Of a stretch of 64,000 nt of DNA, positions 10,445-20,232 are shown in pieces. A program made the translations under genes and the position numbers. Under the pieces are notes generated by a model that was not told where the DNA came from, ran no database searches, and was given only the letters and a program-made list of their open reading frames with translations. Source of the DNA: an uncultured Methylomirabilota bacterium (GTDB taxonomy: Bacteria; Methylomirabilota; Methylomirabilia; Methylomirabilales; 2-02-FULL-66-22); NCBI GenBank assembly GCA_963845565.1, contig CAWJSJ010000002.1:1472001-1536000 (forward strand). The letters run 5' to 3'. Numbering within the stretch: the first letter of the stretch is position 1; each line of letters starts with the position of its first letter.

Positions 10445-10497
10445 AGGAGCCGTAACGAAATTACAACAAATGGCCTAGTTATTTCGTCACGGCTCCT
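10445..10497. repeat. 53-bp inverted repeat (possible IS-end remnant) in the kdgK leader
   Basis: AGGAGCCGTAACGAAAT...ATTTCGTCACGGCTCCT. Confidence 0.6.
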
Positions 10498-10581
10498 AAG
10501 AGTGTATGGACCCGATTCCGACAGCAGGAGGGCCGCCCCATCGCGTTCGTGGCGGCGGCGGCATCCCTTATAGCCGCGCGG

Positions 10582-10633
10582 AGTATATAAAGAACGATCC
10601 GACCTGTCAAACGAGGTCACCGGTCAGACATGG
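10582..10633 (-). promoter_or_regulatory. Sigma70 promoter of kdgK-eda with two GntR/FadR-like boxes
   Basis: TTGACA-17-TATACT on the minus strand; ACCTGTCAAACGAGGT and CCGGTCAGACATGG resemble GTCnGAC operators. Confidence 0.65.
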
Positions 10634-10672
10634 ACCTGCGGATGATTGAACTTGCCGGTGCGTGGTTTGGTT

Positions 10673-10701
10673 TTGAAGTGGCCGGCCTGGGCAGGTATAA
10701 T
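10673..10701 (+). promoter_or_regulatory. Sigma70 promoter of the SDR gene
   Basis: TTGAAG-17-TATAAT. Confidence 0.65.
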
Positions 10702-10811
10702 CCCTCCCGTACAAACGGTGTAACCCTGCGAAGGGCTGAACGAAGATGCGCGGGCGGCCTCCGGCGGCCGACCTACCGGCGACCTCAAATCTCGCATCCA
10801 GCGGAGGTGTC

Positions 10812-11603
10812 ATGGATCTCGGACTCAAGGGCAAGGTTGCCATCGTGACGGCGTCCAGTCGCGGCATCGGCCGGGCGACAGCGGAAATTCTAGCGGCTGA
10901 GGGGGCTCGGATCACGATCTGCGCGCGCGCGGCGGCGGCCGTGGCGAGTGCGGCCGAGCAGATTCGGGGCCGCACCGGGGCCGAAGTGCTGGCGCTGGAG
11001 GCGGACCTCACCCGGGTCGAGGACATCGAGCGGGTTGTTGCCCGGACGGTCGAGGCGTACGGGACGGTGAACATCCTGGTCAACAACGCCGGGGGGCCGC
11101 CGGCGGGAACGTTCGACACGCTGGGCGATTCCGAATGGCAAGCCGGTTTCGAGCTCACGCTGCTCAGCGTCATCCGCATGACCCGCGCGGTGCTGCCTCA
11201 CATGCGCCGGGCGGGCGGCGGGGCGATCGTCAACTTGCAGTCCACATCGGTGAAGGCCCCGATAGACAATCTGATGCTCTCGAACGCGATCCGGACGGGG
11301 GTGATCGGTCTAGCAAAAAGCTTGTCCCTCGAGTTGGCCAAGGACGGTATTCGGGTGAACAATGTTCTGCCGGGAACAATCGTGACGGATCGGCTGCGGG
11401 ACATGCTTGCTCTCCAGTCGACTCGCTCCGGAAAGAGCGTGGAGGAGATCGTCCGCCTCAGGGAAGCCGCCATCCCGCTCGGCCGATTGGGGGAGCCCGA
11501 GGATCTGGGGAACATGATCGCCTTTCTGGCATCCGACCGGGCGCGGTACGTCACCGGGGTCACGGTGCAGGTGGACGGGGGTTTGGTGCGGAGCCTGATG
11601 TAG
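10812..11603 (+). CDS. SDR family oxidoreductase
   Basis: VTASSRGIG, LVNNAGGP, RVNNVLPG, VDGG; atypical catalytic SNAIR motif. Confidence 0.88.
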   Translation: MDLGLKGKVAIVTASSRGIGRATAEILAAEGARITICARAAAAVASAAEQIRGRTGAEVLALEADLTRVEDIERVVARTVEAYGTVNILVNNAGGPPAGTFDTLGDSEWQAGFELTLLSVIRMTRAVLPHMRRAGGGAIVNLQSTSVKAPIDNLMLSNAIRTGVIGLAKSLSLELAKDGIRVNNVLPGTIVTDRLRDMLALQSTRSGKSVEEIVRLREAAIPLGRLGEPEDLGNMIAFLASDRARYVTGVTVQVDGGLVRSLM

Positions 11604-11701
11604 GGGTTTTGGTCTGGCTCGGACGTGGCCCGCAGTCCTTGCGTGGTATGGCGCCCGGAGTGCGGCAGGATTGTCCGGCTGTTGGTTCGGGTGGATCATC
11701 A

Positions 11702-12370
11702 ATGAGCGCCGTACTGCAGATTCCGATCTTTCCTTTGCCCGACGTGGTGCTGTTCCCGCACACGGTGCTCCCGCTGCACGTCTTCGAGCCCCGCTACCGG
11801 AAGATGGTCCAGGACTGCTTGGCGGGGGATAAACGGCTGGCCATGGGGCTCTTGAAGGCCGGCTGGGAGAAGGACTACTACGGACGGCCGCCGGTTCACG
11901 CCATCGCCGGCGCGGGAGAGATCATCCAACACGAGGAGCTTGCGGACGGACGCTTCAACATTCTGGTGCGGGGAACGACGCGTATCGGCGTCAGCGTTGA
12001 GCTTCCGCCGGACCTCCCGTACCGGGTCGTGCGCGCCCGGCCGCTGCCGGACAGGTATCCGGACGGAACGCCCGATGCGCTGGGGCTGCGAATCGACCGG
12101 CTGAAGGTCTTCTATCTCAGGATCCTGGCGGAGGTGCAGAAGGGGCAGGGCGAGATGGCGAAGATCTTCAGCGGCGTGAAAGACCCAGGCATCATCGTGG
12201 ATCGGATCGCCGGCGCCGTCATCGCGGAGACAGAGGTCCGACAGCAGATCCTGGAGAGCGTGGACGTCCCGACGCGGCTGTCTTTGGTGCAGGATCACCT
12301 GGTCGGGATACTGACCCGCCTGTCCGACCGGAACACCCGCAGCGAACGCGGCACCGGCCGCGACAACTGA
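11702..12370 (+). CDS. Stand-alone LON peptidase substrate-binding domain protein
   Basis: IPIFPLPDVVLFPHTVLPLHVFEPRYRKMV. Confidence 0.85.
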   Translation: MSAVLQIPIFPLPDVVLFPHTVLPLHVFEPRYRKMVQDCLAGDKRLAMGLLKAGWEKDYYGRPPVHAIAGAGEIIQHEELADGRFNILVRGTTRIGVSVELPPDLPYRVVRARPLPDRYPDGTPDALGLRIDRLKVFYLRILAEVQKGQGEMAKIFSGVKDPGIIVDRIAGAVIAETEVRQQILESVDVPTRLSLVQDHLVGILTRLSDRNTRSERGTGRDN

Positions 12371-12457
12371 TCCGCCATCACCGCAGGCCGGATGCACCCT
12401 CCCTTTGCGCCGAGTCCGTTTCCCTTCCTTCTGGCCAAACGCCAATGTCGGGCACGT

Positions 12458-13258
12458 CTACAGATCCTTCACCCACTTGTGATCCGGGTCGTCGTAGAGG
12501 ATGTAATTCCGGGGTTCGCCGGCCAGGATCCAGAGGTAGTAGAGGGCGTAGCCCGGCGCCGCGACCACGGGGTGGAAACCGCAGGGGAGCTTCACCAGGC
12601 TGTTGTCCCGGATCACGAAGGTCTCATCCAACTTCTGCTCGGGACTGTACACCCGCTGGAAGCCAAAGCCCTGGGCGGGGTTGACCTTGAAGAAATAGAT
12701 CTCCTCCATCCGGGTCTCGTCGGGCGGCGCGTTCCGGTCGTGCTTGTGCGGGGGATAGCTGGACCACTTGCCCGGGCCGTTGAAGGTCTCGCCGACCAGA
12801 AGACGCTTGGACGGAAAGTTCGCGTCGATGATGTCGTGGATTTGCCGCTCGCAGGCGTCCGTTCCGCGGGTAGAGACCTTCACCTTCTCGGGGCCGATGA
12901 GGCGGGGTTCGCCGGGCAGGTCGCTGGGTGACTTGGCGAGGATCGCCTCGACGGCGCCAACCGCTTCCACTTTGAACTTGAATCCCGGCGGGATGTGGAC
13001 CGTGGTCGCTCGCCCCGCAAAGACGTTGGCCCGGCCGCCGATGGAGATGAACTCGGTCTCGCCGACGGTCACGTTGGCCAGACCCCCTAGCAGGACGATC
13101 ACCACTTCACAGCTCTCGCTGGCGCTCCGATAGACGCCGCCGGCGGGCAGCCTCAGGACACCCTCTTCGAGAAACTCGATTCCGTCTTTGCCGGGCTTGA
13201 CCAAAGGCACGTACCCGTCCTTCGGTGTATATTGCTTGAACAGATTCATCGGCGGCAT
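12458..13258 (-). CDS. iolB: 5-deoxy-glucuronate isomerase (IolB/KduI family)
   Basis: WSSYPPHKHD, MEEIYFF, GFHPVVAAPGYALYYLW. Confidence 0.85.
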   Translation of the reverse strand: MPPMNLFKQYTPKDGYVPLVKPGKDGIEFLEEGVLRLPAGGVYRSASESCEVVIVLLGGLANVTVGETEFISIGGRANVFAGRATTVHIPPGFKFKVEAVGAVEAILAKSPSDLPGEPRLIGPEKVKVSTRGTDACERQIHDIIDANFPSKRLLVGETFNGPGKWSSYPPHKHDRNAPPDETRMEEIYFFKVNPAQGFGFQRVYSPEQKLDETFVIRDNSLVKLPCGFHPVVAAPGYALYYLWILAGEPRNYILYDDPDHKWVKDL

Positions 13259-13615
13259 TCCTTTCTGCGATCTGCGAGAGTAGCGAATACGTCAAAACGG
13301 TCAGCGTACGGTGCGCGCTCCCGTGTCTGCGTCGGCCGAAGCCGACAGCCGGAAACGTACCATCGGCCATGATGGCTGTCAATCGGCGCGCGACCGGCGT
13401 TGGAGGGTGTCATTGGGACGGATGGCGGCAATGCCGCCGCGCCGCTCTTGGCTTCTGGGTCAACCCCCCGTGCGGCCGAGCACGTGGTGCCCAGGCCTTC
13501 GAGCGACCCGGCGCATCTGCCAGCGCATCTGCCGTTGCTCCCTGGCGGATAGCAGGGTATGTTTGACGCCAGGACACCCCTCCTGACGGCGGGTCACTCG
13601 CAATGGGGACGGACC

Positions 13616-14014
13616 ATGGGGGAGACCGCGGCAACGAGCGAGCCGGTCGCGACCATCATCGCGTGCTTCAAAGTCTGCACGCTGTGCGGAGAGACCTGGA
13701 AGAGCCGAGAGGCCTTCCTGGCCGATCCTTGCGTGCGGGTCATCGGATATCAGCCGTATTTTCAGGATCTCGAAGCCGGCGTGTTCCTGTTTAATCACGA
13801 CGCTTGCCGCACGACCCTGGCAATTGACGCGTCCCGCTTCACCGACCTGTACCGCGGACCGATGTTCATGGCACGCAAGACGGGGACCGAGGACTGTCCG
13901 GGTTACTGTTTGCGCACGAGCGAAGTCCGTCCCTGCCCGGCGGAGTGCGAATGCGCCTACGTCAGGGATGTCCTCGACATGGTCGCACGCTGGGAGAAGG
14001 TACCGCCACGCTGA
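13616..14014 (+). CDS. Small Cys-rich hypothetical protein, probably metal-binding
   Basis: FKVCTLC...FLFNHDAC...CPGYC...CPAECEC; codon pattern consistent with coding. Confidence 0.7.
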   Translation: MGETAATSEPVATIIACFKVCTLCGETWKSREAFLADPCVRVIGYQPYFQDLEAGVFLFNHDACRTTLAIDASRFTDLYRGPMFMARKTGTEDCPGYCLRTSEVRPCPAECECAYVRDVLDMVARWEKVPPR

Positions 14015-14099
14015 CTGGCAACCAGTGGCGGCGCCCATTCCCGGACGGCCCTCGGAAACGATCGAGGGCTTTCGGTGTCTTTAGGGAAGGGAAAAGCCC

Positions 14100-15608
14100 A
14101 TGGCAACGGACAAATTGGAAACGCGACCAACAACCCTTGGGGATCTCAGGCAGAGTCGCTGGGATGGAGCGCGGGTGGCCCAGCGATCGGTTCGCGAGGA
14201 AATGCGGGAGAACCTGCTGGAGAAGCTTGCCCGGAAGGACGCACTCTTCCCGGGCGTCATCGGATACGAGGAGACGGTGATTCCGCAGCTCGTGAACGCT
14301 ATCCTGTCCCGGCACCACATCATCTTGCTGGGATTGCGGGGGCAGGCGAAGAGCCGAATCCTGCGGAGCCTGGTGGGCCTCTTGGACGACGAAATTCCCG
14401 TAATCGCCGGCTGCGAGATCAACGACAACCCCTACGCGCCCCTCTGCCGCGCCTGTCGGGATCGTCTCGCCGAGCAGGGGGACCGGACCGCCATCGCGTG
14501 GCTGCCCCGGGAGTTGCGCTACGTGGAGAAGCTGGCGACCCCGGACGTCACCATCGCGGACATCATCGGAGACGTGGATCCCATCCGGGCGGCGCGGGGC
14601 GGTTTGGACCTCTCCAACGAGCTGACCATCCACTACGGCCTGCTCCCCCGGGCGAACCGGGGGATCTTCGCCATGAACGAACTGCCCGACCTGGCCGGGA
14701 AGATCCAGGTGGGCCTCTTCAACATCATGCAGGAAGGCGACGTCCAGATCAAAGGCTACCCGGTCCGGCTGAAGCTGGACGTGGCCCTGGTCTTCTCCGC
14801 CAACCCCGAGGACTACACGGCCCGGGGGAAGATCATCACGCCACTCAAGGACCGCATCGGCTCCGAGATCCGAACGCATTACCCGGCGGAGGTGGCGCAG
14901 GGGATGGCGATCACGGCGCAGGAGGCGTGGATCCGACGGCACCCGGACGGCCGACTCCTGATCCCGGACTTCATCCAGGAGGTAGTGGAGCAGATCGCCT
15001 TCACCGCCCGGGAGAGCAAACACATTGACCGGCGATCCGGCGTCAGCCAGCGGTTGCCGATCTCATGCCTGGAGAACGTGGTGAGCAGCGCGGAGCGGCG
15101 GGCGGTCCTGGGCGGCGAGCGGACCATCGTCCCGCGCCCTTCGGACGTGTACGCCGCCATGCCGTCCATCACCGGCAAGCTGGAGCTGGAGTACGAAGGC
15201 GAGCTGAAGGGGGGCGACGTCATCGCCACGGCCCTGATCAAGGAGGCACTCGGACGCGTGTTCGCTGCCCGGGTGGGCGGCACCCCGATCCGGGAGACCG
15301 TGCACTGGTTCGACCAGGGGGGCGCCGTCAAGGTGGCCGACACGACGCCGACGGCCGAGGCCCTTCGGTATTTCCAGAAGGTGCCCGGTCTCGTGGATGC
15401 CACGGTGATTCTGGGGGTGCCCGAAAACGCGGACCCGGCCCTCACGGTGTCCGCCTGCGAGTTCATCCTGGAGGGTCTCCACGTCCAACAGAAGATCGAC
15501 CGGACAGAGCAGCGGGGGTACACGGGAAGTCCAAGGGCAGAGCGGAAGACTCCGCGCGAGGAGCAGCAAAACCTCCCGGCGGGGGCCAAGCGAAGGCACT
15601 TCAACTGA
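14100..15608 (+). CDS. AAA+ ATPase, magnesium-chelatase ChlI/MoxR-like
   Basis: Walker A variant GLRGQAKS, Walker B MNELPDL, ANPEDY, DRIGS. Confidence 0.85.
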   Translation: MATDKLETRPTTLGDLRQSRWDGARVAQRSVREEMRENLLEKLARKDALFPGVIGYEETVIPQLVNAILSRHHIILLGLRGQAKSRILRSLVGLLDDEIPVIAGCEINDNPYAPLCRACRDRLAEQGDRTAIAWLPRELRYVEKLATPDVTIADIIGDVDPIRAARGGLDLSNELTIHYGLLPRANRGIFAMNELPDLAGKIQVGLFNIMQEGDVQIKGYPVRLKLDVALVFSANPEDYTARGKIITPLKDRIGSEIRTHYPAEVAQGMAITAQEAWIRRHPDGRLLIPDFIQEVVEQIAFTARESKHIDRRSGVSQRLPISCLENVVSSAERRAVLGGERTIVPRPSDVYAAMPSITGKLELEYEGELKGGDVIATALIKEALGRVFAARVGGTPIRETVHWFDQGGAVKVADTTPTAEALRYFQKVPGLVDATVILGVPENADPALTVSACEFILEGLHVQQKIDRTEQRGYTGSPRAERKTPREEQQNLPAGAKRRHFN

Positions 15609-15620
15609 GCGCCAGTGGAA

Positions 15621-15700
15621 GTCACCTGGTCAACTGGTCAATTAGCCGAAGCGGGCGAGCCCTTCCAAATTGACCAATCGACGAGGCGACCAATCGACGG
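15621..15700. repeat. Octamer tandem-repeat palindrome
   Basis: GTCACCTG-GTCAACTG-GTCAATTA ... TTGACCAA-TCGACGAG-GCGACCAA-TCGAC. Confidence 0.7.
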
Positions 15701-15723
15701 CCTGAGCCGCAAGGGGCCGGCAG

Positions 15724-16983
15724 ATGCCGATCACGCGGTATAGCCAGTACACGGGAAAGTGGTGGGACAGCCTGAGCCTGGAGGATTTGTTCGGCGAACT
15801 GGGCGATCATCTCCTTCAGAGCGGCTTCCAGAATCGGTTCATGGACGAATACCTCGATGGAGCGGAGCGAGGGCAGGACCTGCAGGACCTCTACCGAGCG
15901 ATCCTGGAGGCCCTGGCGAGCGGCGGGCAGGTCCGTTACGAGGACATCGAGGACTGGCTGGAGGGGGAAGAGAGCGAAGGGAAAAAGCAGCTGGATCAGG
16001 TGTTGAAGGCGCTCCTGGAACGGATGCTGGAAAAGGGCTACATCACGCTGCCGGGGCAGGAAGCAGACGAGACGCGGCTGAAGCCGCATGGCTACGCCTC
16101 CGGCGCCGAGAGCGGGTCCGTCAGGTTCGAGCTGACCAACAAGGCTACCGATTTCCTCGGTTATCGCACCCTGCGAGATCTCTTGTCCTCGCTGGGCCGG
16201 AGCAGCGTGGGGCGCCACGACACGCAGGAGCTGTCCACGGGGGTCGAGGCTTCCGAGGCGCCCAAGCCCTACGAGTTCGGCGATACCCTGAACCTGGACA
16301 TTCCCGGCACGTTGCTCCGCGCGGTCCGACGCGAGGGGCTGACCAGTCCGCTCTTGCTGGACTACGACGACCTCCTGGTGCATCAGGCGGAATACCAGAG
16401 TTCGTGCGCTACCGTTCTCATGCTGGATTGCAGCCATAGCATGATCCTGTACGGCGAGGACCGGTTCACGCCGGCCAAACGCGTGGCGCTGGCGCTGGCG
16501 CACCTGATCCGGACGCAATATCCGGGGGACACGCTCAATGTGGTTTTGTTCCACGACAGCGCCGAGGAGGTTCCCATCGGACAGCTTGCCCGGGTCACGG
16601 TCGGGCCGTATCATACCAACACCCAGGAAGGGCTGAGACTGGCCCGGCGTATCCTTTCCCGGCAGCGCAAAGACATGCGGCAGATCATCATGATCACCGA
16701 CGGGAAGCCGTCGGCCATGACGATGCCGGACGGGGATATTTACAAGAACTCCATGGGGCTCGACCCCTGGATTCTGAAGGAGACGTTCCGGGAGGTGACC
16801 GAATGCCGTCGATCGGGCATCCTGATCAATACGTTCATGCTGGCCCGGGACTACGACCTGGTCGCCTTTGTCCAGAAGGTGTCTGAGATCTGCCGGGGCA
16901 AAGCCTACTTCACCACGCCGATGACGCTTGGCCGCTATCTGTTGATGGACTTCATGACCAAGCGGGTGCGAACGGTGCATTGA
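15724..16983 (+). CDS. VWA domain protein, partner of the AAA+ ATPase
   Basis: MIDAS motif DCSHSM, TNT, MITDGKP. Confidence 0.88.
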   Translation: MPITRYSQYTGKWWDSLSLEDLFGELGDHLLQSGFQNRFMDEYLDGAERGQDLQDLYRAILEALASGGQVRYEDIEDWLEGEESEGKKQLDQVLKALLERMLEKGYITLPGQEADETRLKPHGYASGAESGSVRFELTNKATDFLGYRTLRDLLSSLGRSSVGRHDTQELSTGVEASEAPKPYEFGDTLNLDIPGTLLRAVRREGLTSPLLLDYDDLLVHQAEYQSSCATVLMLDCSHSMILYGEDRFTPAKRVALALAHLIRTQYPGDTLNVVLFHDSAEEVPIGQLARVTVGPYHTNTQEGLRLARRILSRQRKDMRQIIMITDGKPSAMTMPDGDIYKNSMGLDPWILKETFREVTECRRSGILINTFMLARDYDLVAFVQKVSEICRGKAYFTTPMTLGRYLLMDFMTKRVRTVH

Positions 16984-16985
16984 GG

Positions 16986-17173
16986 AGAGCCGACAGCGGA
17001 CAGGGCAGGGCGTTGGCAGCTCGGGCGCTCGGCAGCGAACCTGGAGGACGCGCTCGCGCGGCCATTGCCCTCAGTCGGCATCCGGACCTTTTTGAGCAGC
17101 CTGGGAGCGGGTCTTCCGCATCCTGCTCAGCCCAGAGCCGACGACCGAGGCTGGAGCCGAAAGCCGAGAGCGA
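16986..17173. repeat. Degenerate heptamer-repeat region between the VWA gene and tldD
   Basis: GAGAGCC-GACAGCG-GACAGGG; GGCAGCTCGGGCGCTCGGCAGC; CAGAGCC-GACGACC...GAGCCGA-AAGCCGA-GAGCGA. Confidence 0.55.
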
Positions 17174-17177
17174 CGCG

Positions 17178-18638
17178 ATGACGCACGAGATGCAGGCAGC
17201 GGAGACGTTCTTTCTGGAGAAGTACGGTCTAACCGAGCAGACGCTGGAGCGGACGCTGGGGACGGTGCTCGGGAAGCGTGTGGACTATGCGGATCTCTAC
17301 TTCGAGTACCGGGTGAACGAGGAGATCGGTCTCGAGGAGGGGATCGTCAAGCAGGCTGCCAAGAGCGTCAGCCAGGGCGTGGGGGTGCGAGCCACAGCCG
17401 ACGAGAAGACCGGCTTTGCGTACTCGGACGAGATCACGGTGTCCGCGCTGCAGATCGCGGCGGAGCGCTCACGGTACATCGCCGCCGAGACGGGGGAGTC
17501 CGGCAGTGTGGCGGTGGCGGCGAGCCGGAATGCCTCTCGCGATCTGTACCCCGTCGGGACGCCTCCGACGGATGTGCCGATCCAGGCGAAGATTGATCTG
17601 CTGGGCGAGATCGATCGGATCGCCCGGGCCTGCGATCCCCGGATCACGAAGGTGATGGCCACGGTCGCAAGCGAGAATCGGCTGGTCCTGGTGGCGACGT
17701 CGGAGGGTCGGGTTGTGGGGGATGTCCGTCCGCTATGTCGCCTGCAGGTAACCTGCATCGCGGAAGATTCCCGCGGGGCGACGCCGATCCGGCAGATGGG
17801 CACGTTCGGCGGCGGCGGACGGGCGGAGTATGCGTTCCTCCTCGAAGGGGACCGGTTCGCCCGTTTTGCCCGCGAGGCCGCCCGGCAGGCCATCGTCAAT
17901 CTGGAAGCCGAAGAGGCCCCAGCCGGCACGATGGACGTGGTCTTGGGGCCGGGCTGGCCCGGCATCCTCCTTCACGAGGCGGTGGGCCACGGACTGGAGG
18001 GCGATTTTAACCGGAAGGGGACGTCCGCCTTCAGCGGGCGGCTGGGCGAACGGGTCGCCGCAACTCTCTGCACGGTGGTGGATGATGGAACGATCCCGGG
18101 GCGGCGCGGCTCGCTCAACATTGACGACGAGGGGACGCCGACGCAGCGGAACGTGCTGATCGAGAACGGGATTCTGACCGGTTACCTGCAGGATCGGCTG
18201 AACGCTCGCCTCATGGGAACGGCCCCGACGGGCAACGGCCGCCGGGAAAGCTATGCCCATCATCCCATGCCGCGGATGACCAACACCTTCATGCTGGCGG
18301 GGCCGCACGCCCACGAGGAGATCCTTCGGTCCGTGCGGCGCGGACTGTATGCCGTCTCGTTCGGCGGCGGGCAGGTCGATATCACCAGCGGGAAGTTCGT
18401 GTTCTCGGCCAGCGAGGCCTATCTCATCGAGGACGGCAAGCCGACCCGGCCGGTCAAGGGGGCGACCCTCATCGGCAACGGGCCGGACGTCCTGACACGG
18501 GTCAGCATGGTGGGAAACGATCTGGCGCTGGACGAGGGGATCGGGACCTGCGGCAAGGATGGGCAGTCCGTGCCGGTCGGGGTCGGGCTGCCGACGATTC
18601 TGATCAACGGGATCACGGTGGGCGGGACGAAAGGATAA
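17178..18638 (+). CDS. tldD: Metalloprotease TldD
   Basis: GILLHEAVGHGLEGDFNRKG, PRMTNT, GTCGKDGQSVPVG. Confidence 0.93.
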   Translation: MTHEMQAAETFFLEKYGLTEQTLERTLGTVLGKRVDYADLYFEYRVNEEIGLEEGIVKQAAKSVSQGVGVRATADEKTGFAYSDEITVSALQIAAERSRYIAAETGESGSVAVAASRNASRDLYPVGTPPTDVPIQAKIDLLGEIDRIARACDPRITKVMATVASENRLVLVATSEGRVVGDVRPLCRLQVTCIAEDSRGATPIRQMGTFGGGGRAEYAFLLEGDRFARFAREAARQAIVNLEAEEAPAGTMDVVLGPGWPGILLHEAVGHGLEGDFNRKGTSAFSGRLGERVAATLCTVVDDGTIPGRRGSLNIDDEGTPTQRNVLIENGILTGYLQDRLNARLMGTAPTGNGRRESYAHHPMPRMTNTFMLAGPHAHEEILRSVRRGLYAVSFGGGQVDITSGKFVFSASEAYLIEDGKPTRPVKGATLIGNGPDVLTRVSMVGNDLALDEGIGTCGKDGQSVPVGVGLPTILINGITVGGTKG

Positions 18639-18642
18639 CTGA

Positions 18643-18726
18643 ACCACAGATTACACAGATTTCGCAGATTCCTTTCGAAGGGGTCCGGTCTTGGAAATCC
18701 GAGCGAATCTGCGTGAATCTGCGGAT
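18643..18726. repeat. Nonamer tandem-repeat palindrome
   Basis: CACAGATTA-CACAGATTT-CGCAGATT ... AATCCGAGCG-AATCTGCGTG-AATCTGCGG. Confidence 0.75.
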
Positions 18727-18747
18727 ATGTGAGAGGTGCTGATCCCT

Positions 18748-20090
18748 ATGGACTATCGGGAGTTGGCGAGTGAGGTGCTGAGGCAGGCGACGGCATCCGG
18801 GGCGAGCGGGGCGGAGGTGGGCATCGTCGAGGACGAGTCCTTCTCGGTGCTCGTGCGCATGCGGGGTGTGGACACCGTGAAGAGTGCCCTGGAGAAGCGC
18901 CTGGGCCTGCGACTGTTCCTGGGTCGGCGTTCGGCTACGACGGCCACCTCGGACTTCTCCCCGGCCGCGCTTGACCGGCTGGTTGCGGACACGCTGGCCA
19001 TGGCCCGGGCCACACCCGAGGACCCCTTCGGAGGTCTGCCGGATTCGAGCGCGTTTGCCGCCGAACTGCCGGACCTCGACCTCTGGGACGCCGAGGCGCC
19101 AAGGCTCTCCATCCCCGACCGCATTTGCCTGGCCGGCAAGGCCGAGTCTGCCGCGTTGAGCTTCGACCCTCGGATCACCAACTCGGAGGGTTCGGAATAC
19201 GGGCACGAGGACGCTCGCGTCTTCTTCGCCAACAGTCATGGATTCACGGGAGAGTACCGGGCCTCCTCGGTGGTGCTTTCTGCGACCCCTGTGGCGAAGG
19301 ACGACGCGGGAATGCAGCGGGATGCGTGGTACTCCGTCCAGCGCCGGCTCTGCCGCCTGGATTCGCCAGAGTCGGTCGGGCGGACCGCCGCGCGGCGCAC
19401 CCTGCGACGCCTGGGGGCGAGAAAGGTGGCCACCCAGGAGGTACCGGTCGTCTTCGATCCCGACATGGCGGCAAGCCTCATGAGGAGCGTGTGCGGGGCG
19501 GTGTCGGGATCGGCGATCTATCGGGGTGCGTCGTTCCTGGCGGGAAAGCTGGGGCAGCAGGTGGCCGCGACCGGTCTCACACTGGTGGACGATGGCCGGA
19601 TGCCGGGGGGCTCGGTTCGCGACCGTTCGACGGCGAAGGGTTGCCCACCCGGCGCACCATGGTCATCGAGAACGGGAAACTGGCCAGCTACCTCTTGGAC
19701 ACCTACACGGGACGGAAGCTCGGATTGGCCTCGACCGGAAACGCCTCGCGGTCGCTCGGCCAGCGGCCCACGGTGGGGCCGATGAACTTCTACGCGCCGC
19801 CTGGGCTGCACTTACCGGAGGAGATCATCCGATCGGTCGACCGGGGACTCTACGTCACGGAGATGATCGGATTCGGCGTCAACCTGGTGACCGGCGACTA
19901 TTCGCGGGGCGCGGTCGGTCTGTGGATCGAGAAGGGGGAGCTTGCCTATCCCGTGGAGGAGATCACGATCGCCGGGAACCTCAAGGACATGCTGTGCGGA
20001 ATCGAGATGATCGGGAACGACTTGGAGTGGCGGGGCGCGGTGGCGGCCCCGACGCTCAAGATCGGGCGGATGACCGTCGCCGGGAACTGA
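18748..20090 (+). CDS. pmbA: TldE/PmbA; -1 indel in the G run ~19605-19610
   Basis: RITNSEG, SFLAGKLG, then in the second frame RPFDGEG, STGNA, GDYSRGA, EITIAGNL. Confidence 0.88.
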
Positions 20091-20232
20091 CCCGGCGCCA
20101 TGAGACGCAGAGAATCGGCACAGGATGTTCGATGCCTATCCTGTACAAAGATGTCGCCTCGACAGTGGGGATAGCTGCTGACGCGAAGCCATGGAGGGAA
20201 AGGGGATTCCGCACGCGTGCGGAGGCGTCGTC

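Noticed and set aside
11135..11701. Long N-terminal extensions in the ORF track (LON-N 411 aa, modC 465 aa, AKR 524 aa, transketolase-C 405 aa)
   Set aside because: They overlap upstream genes in another frame; downstream starts with an SD or stop/start overlap fit the families.
14100..16983. Magnesium chelatase or phototrophy
   Set aside because: No bchH/chlH or pigment genes; it fits a generic AAA+/VWA pair.
19600..19615. Programmed frameshift or phase variation in the pmbA G tract
   Set aside because: The run is only six G and the window has many similar indels; a sequencing error is more parsimonious.
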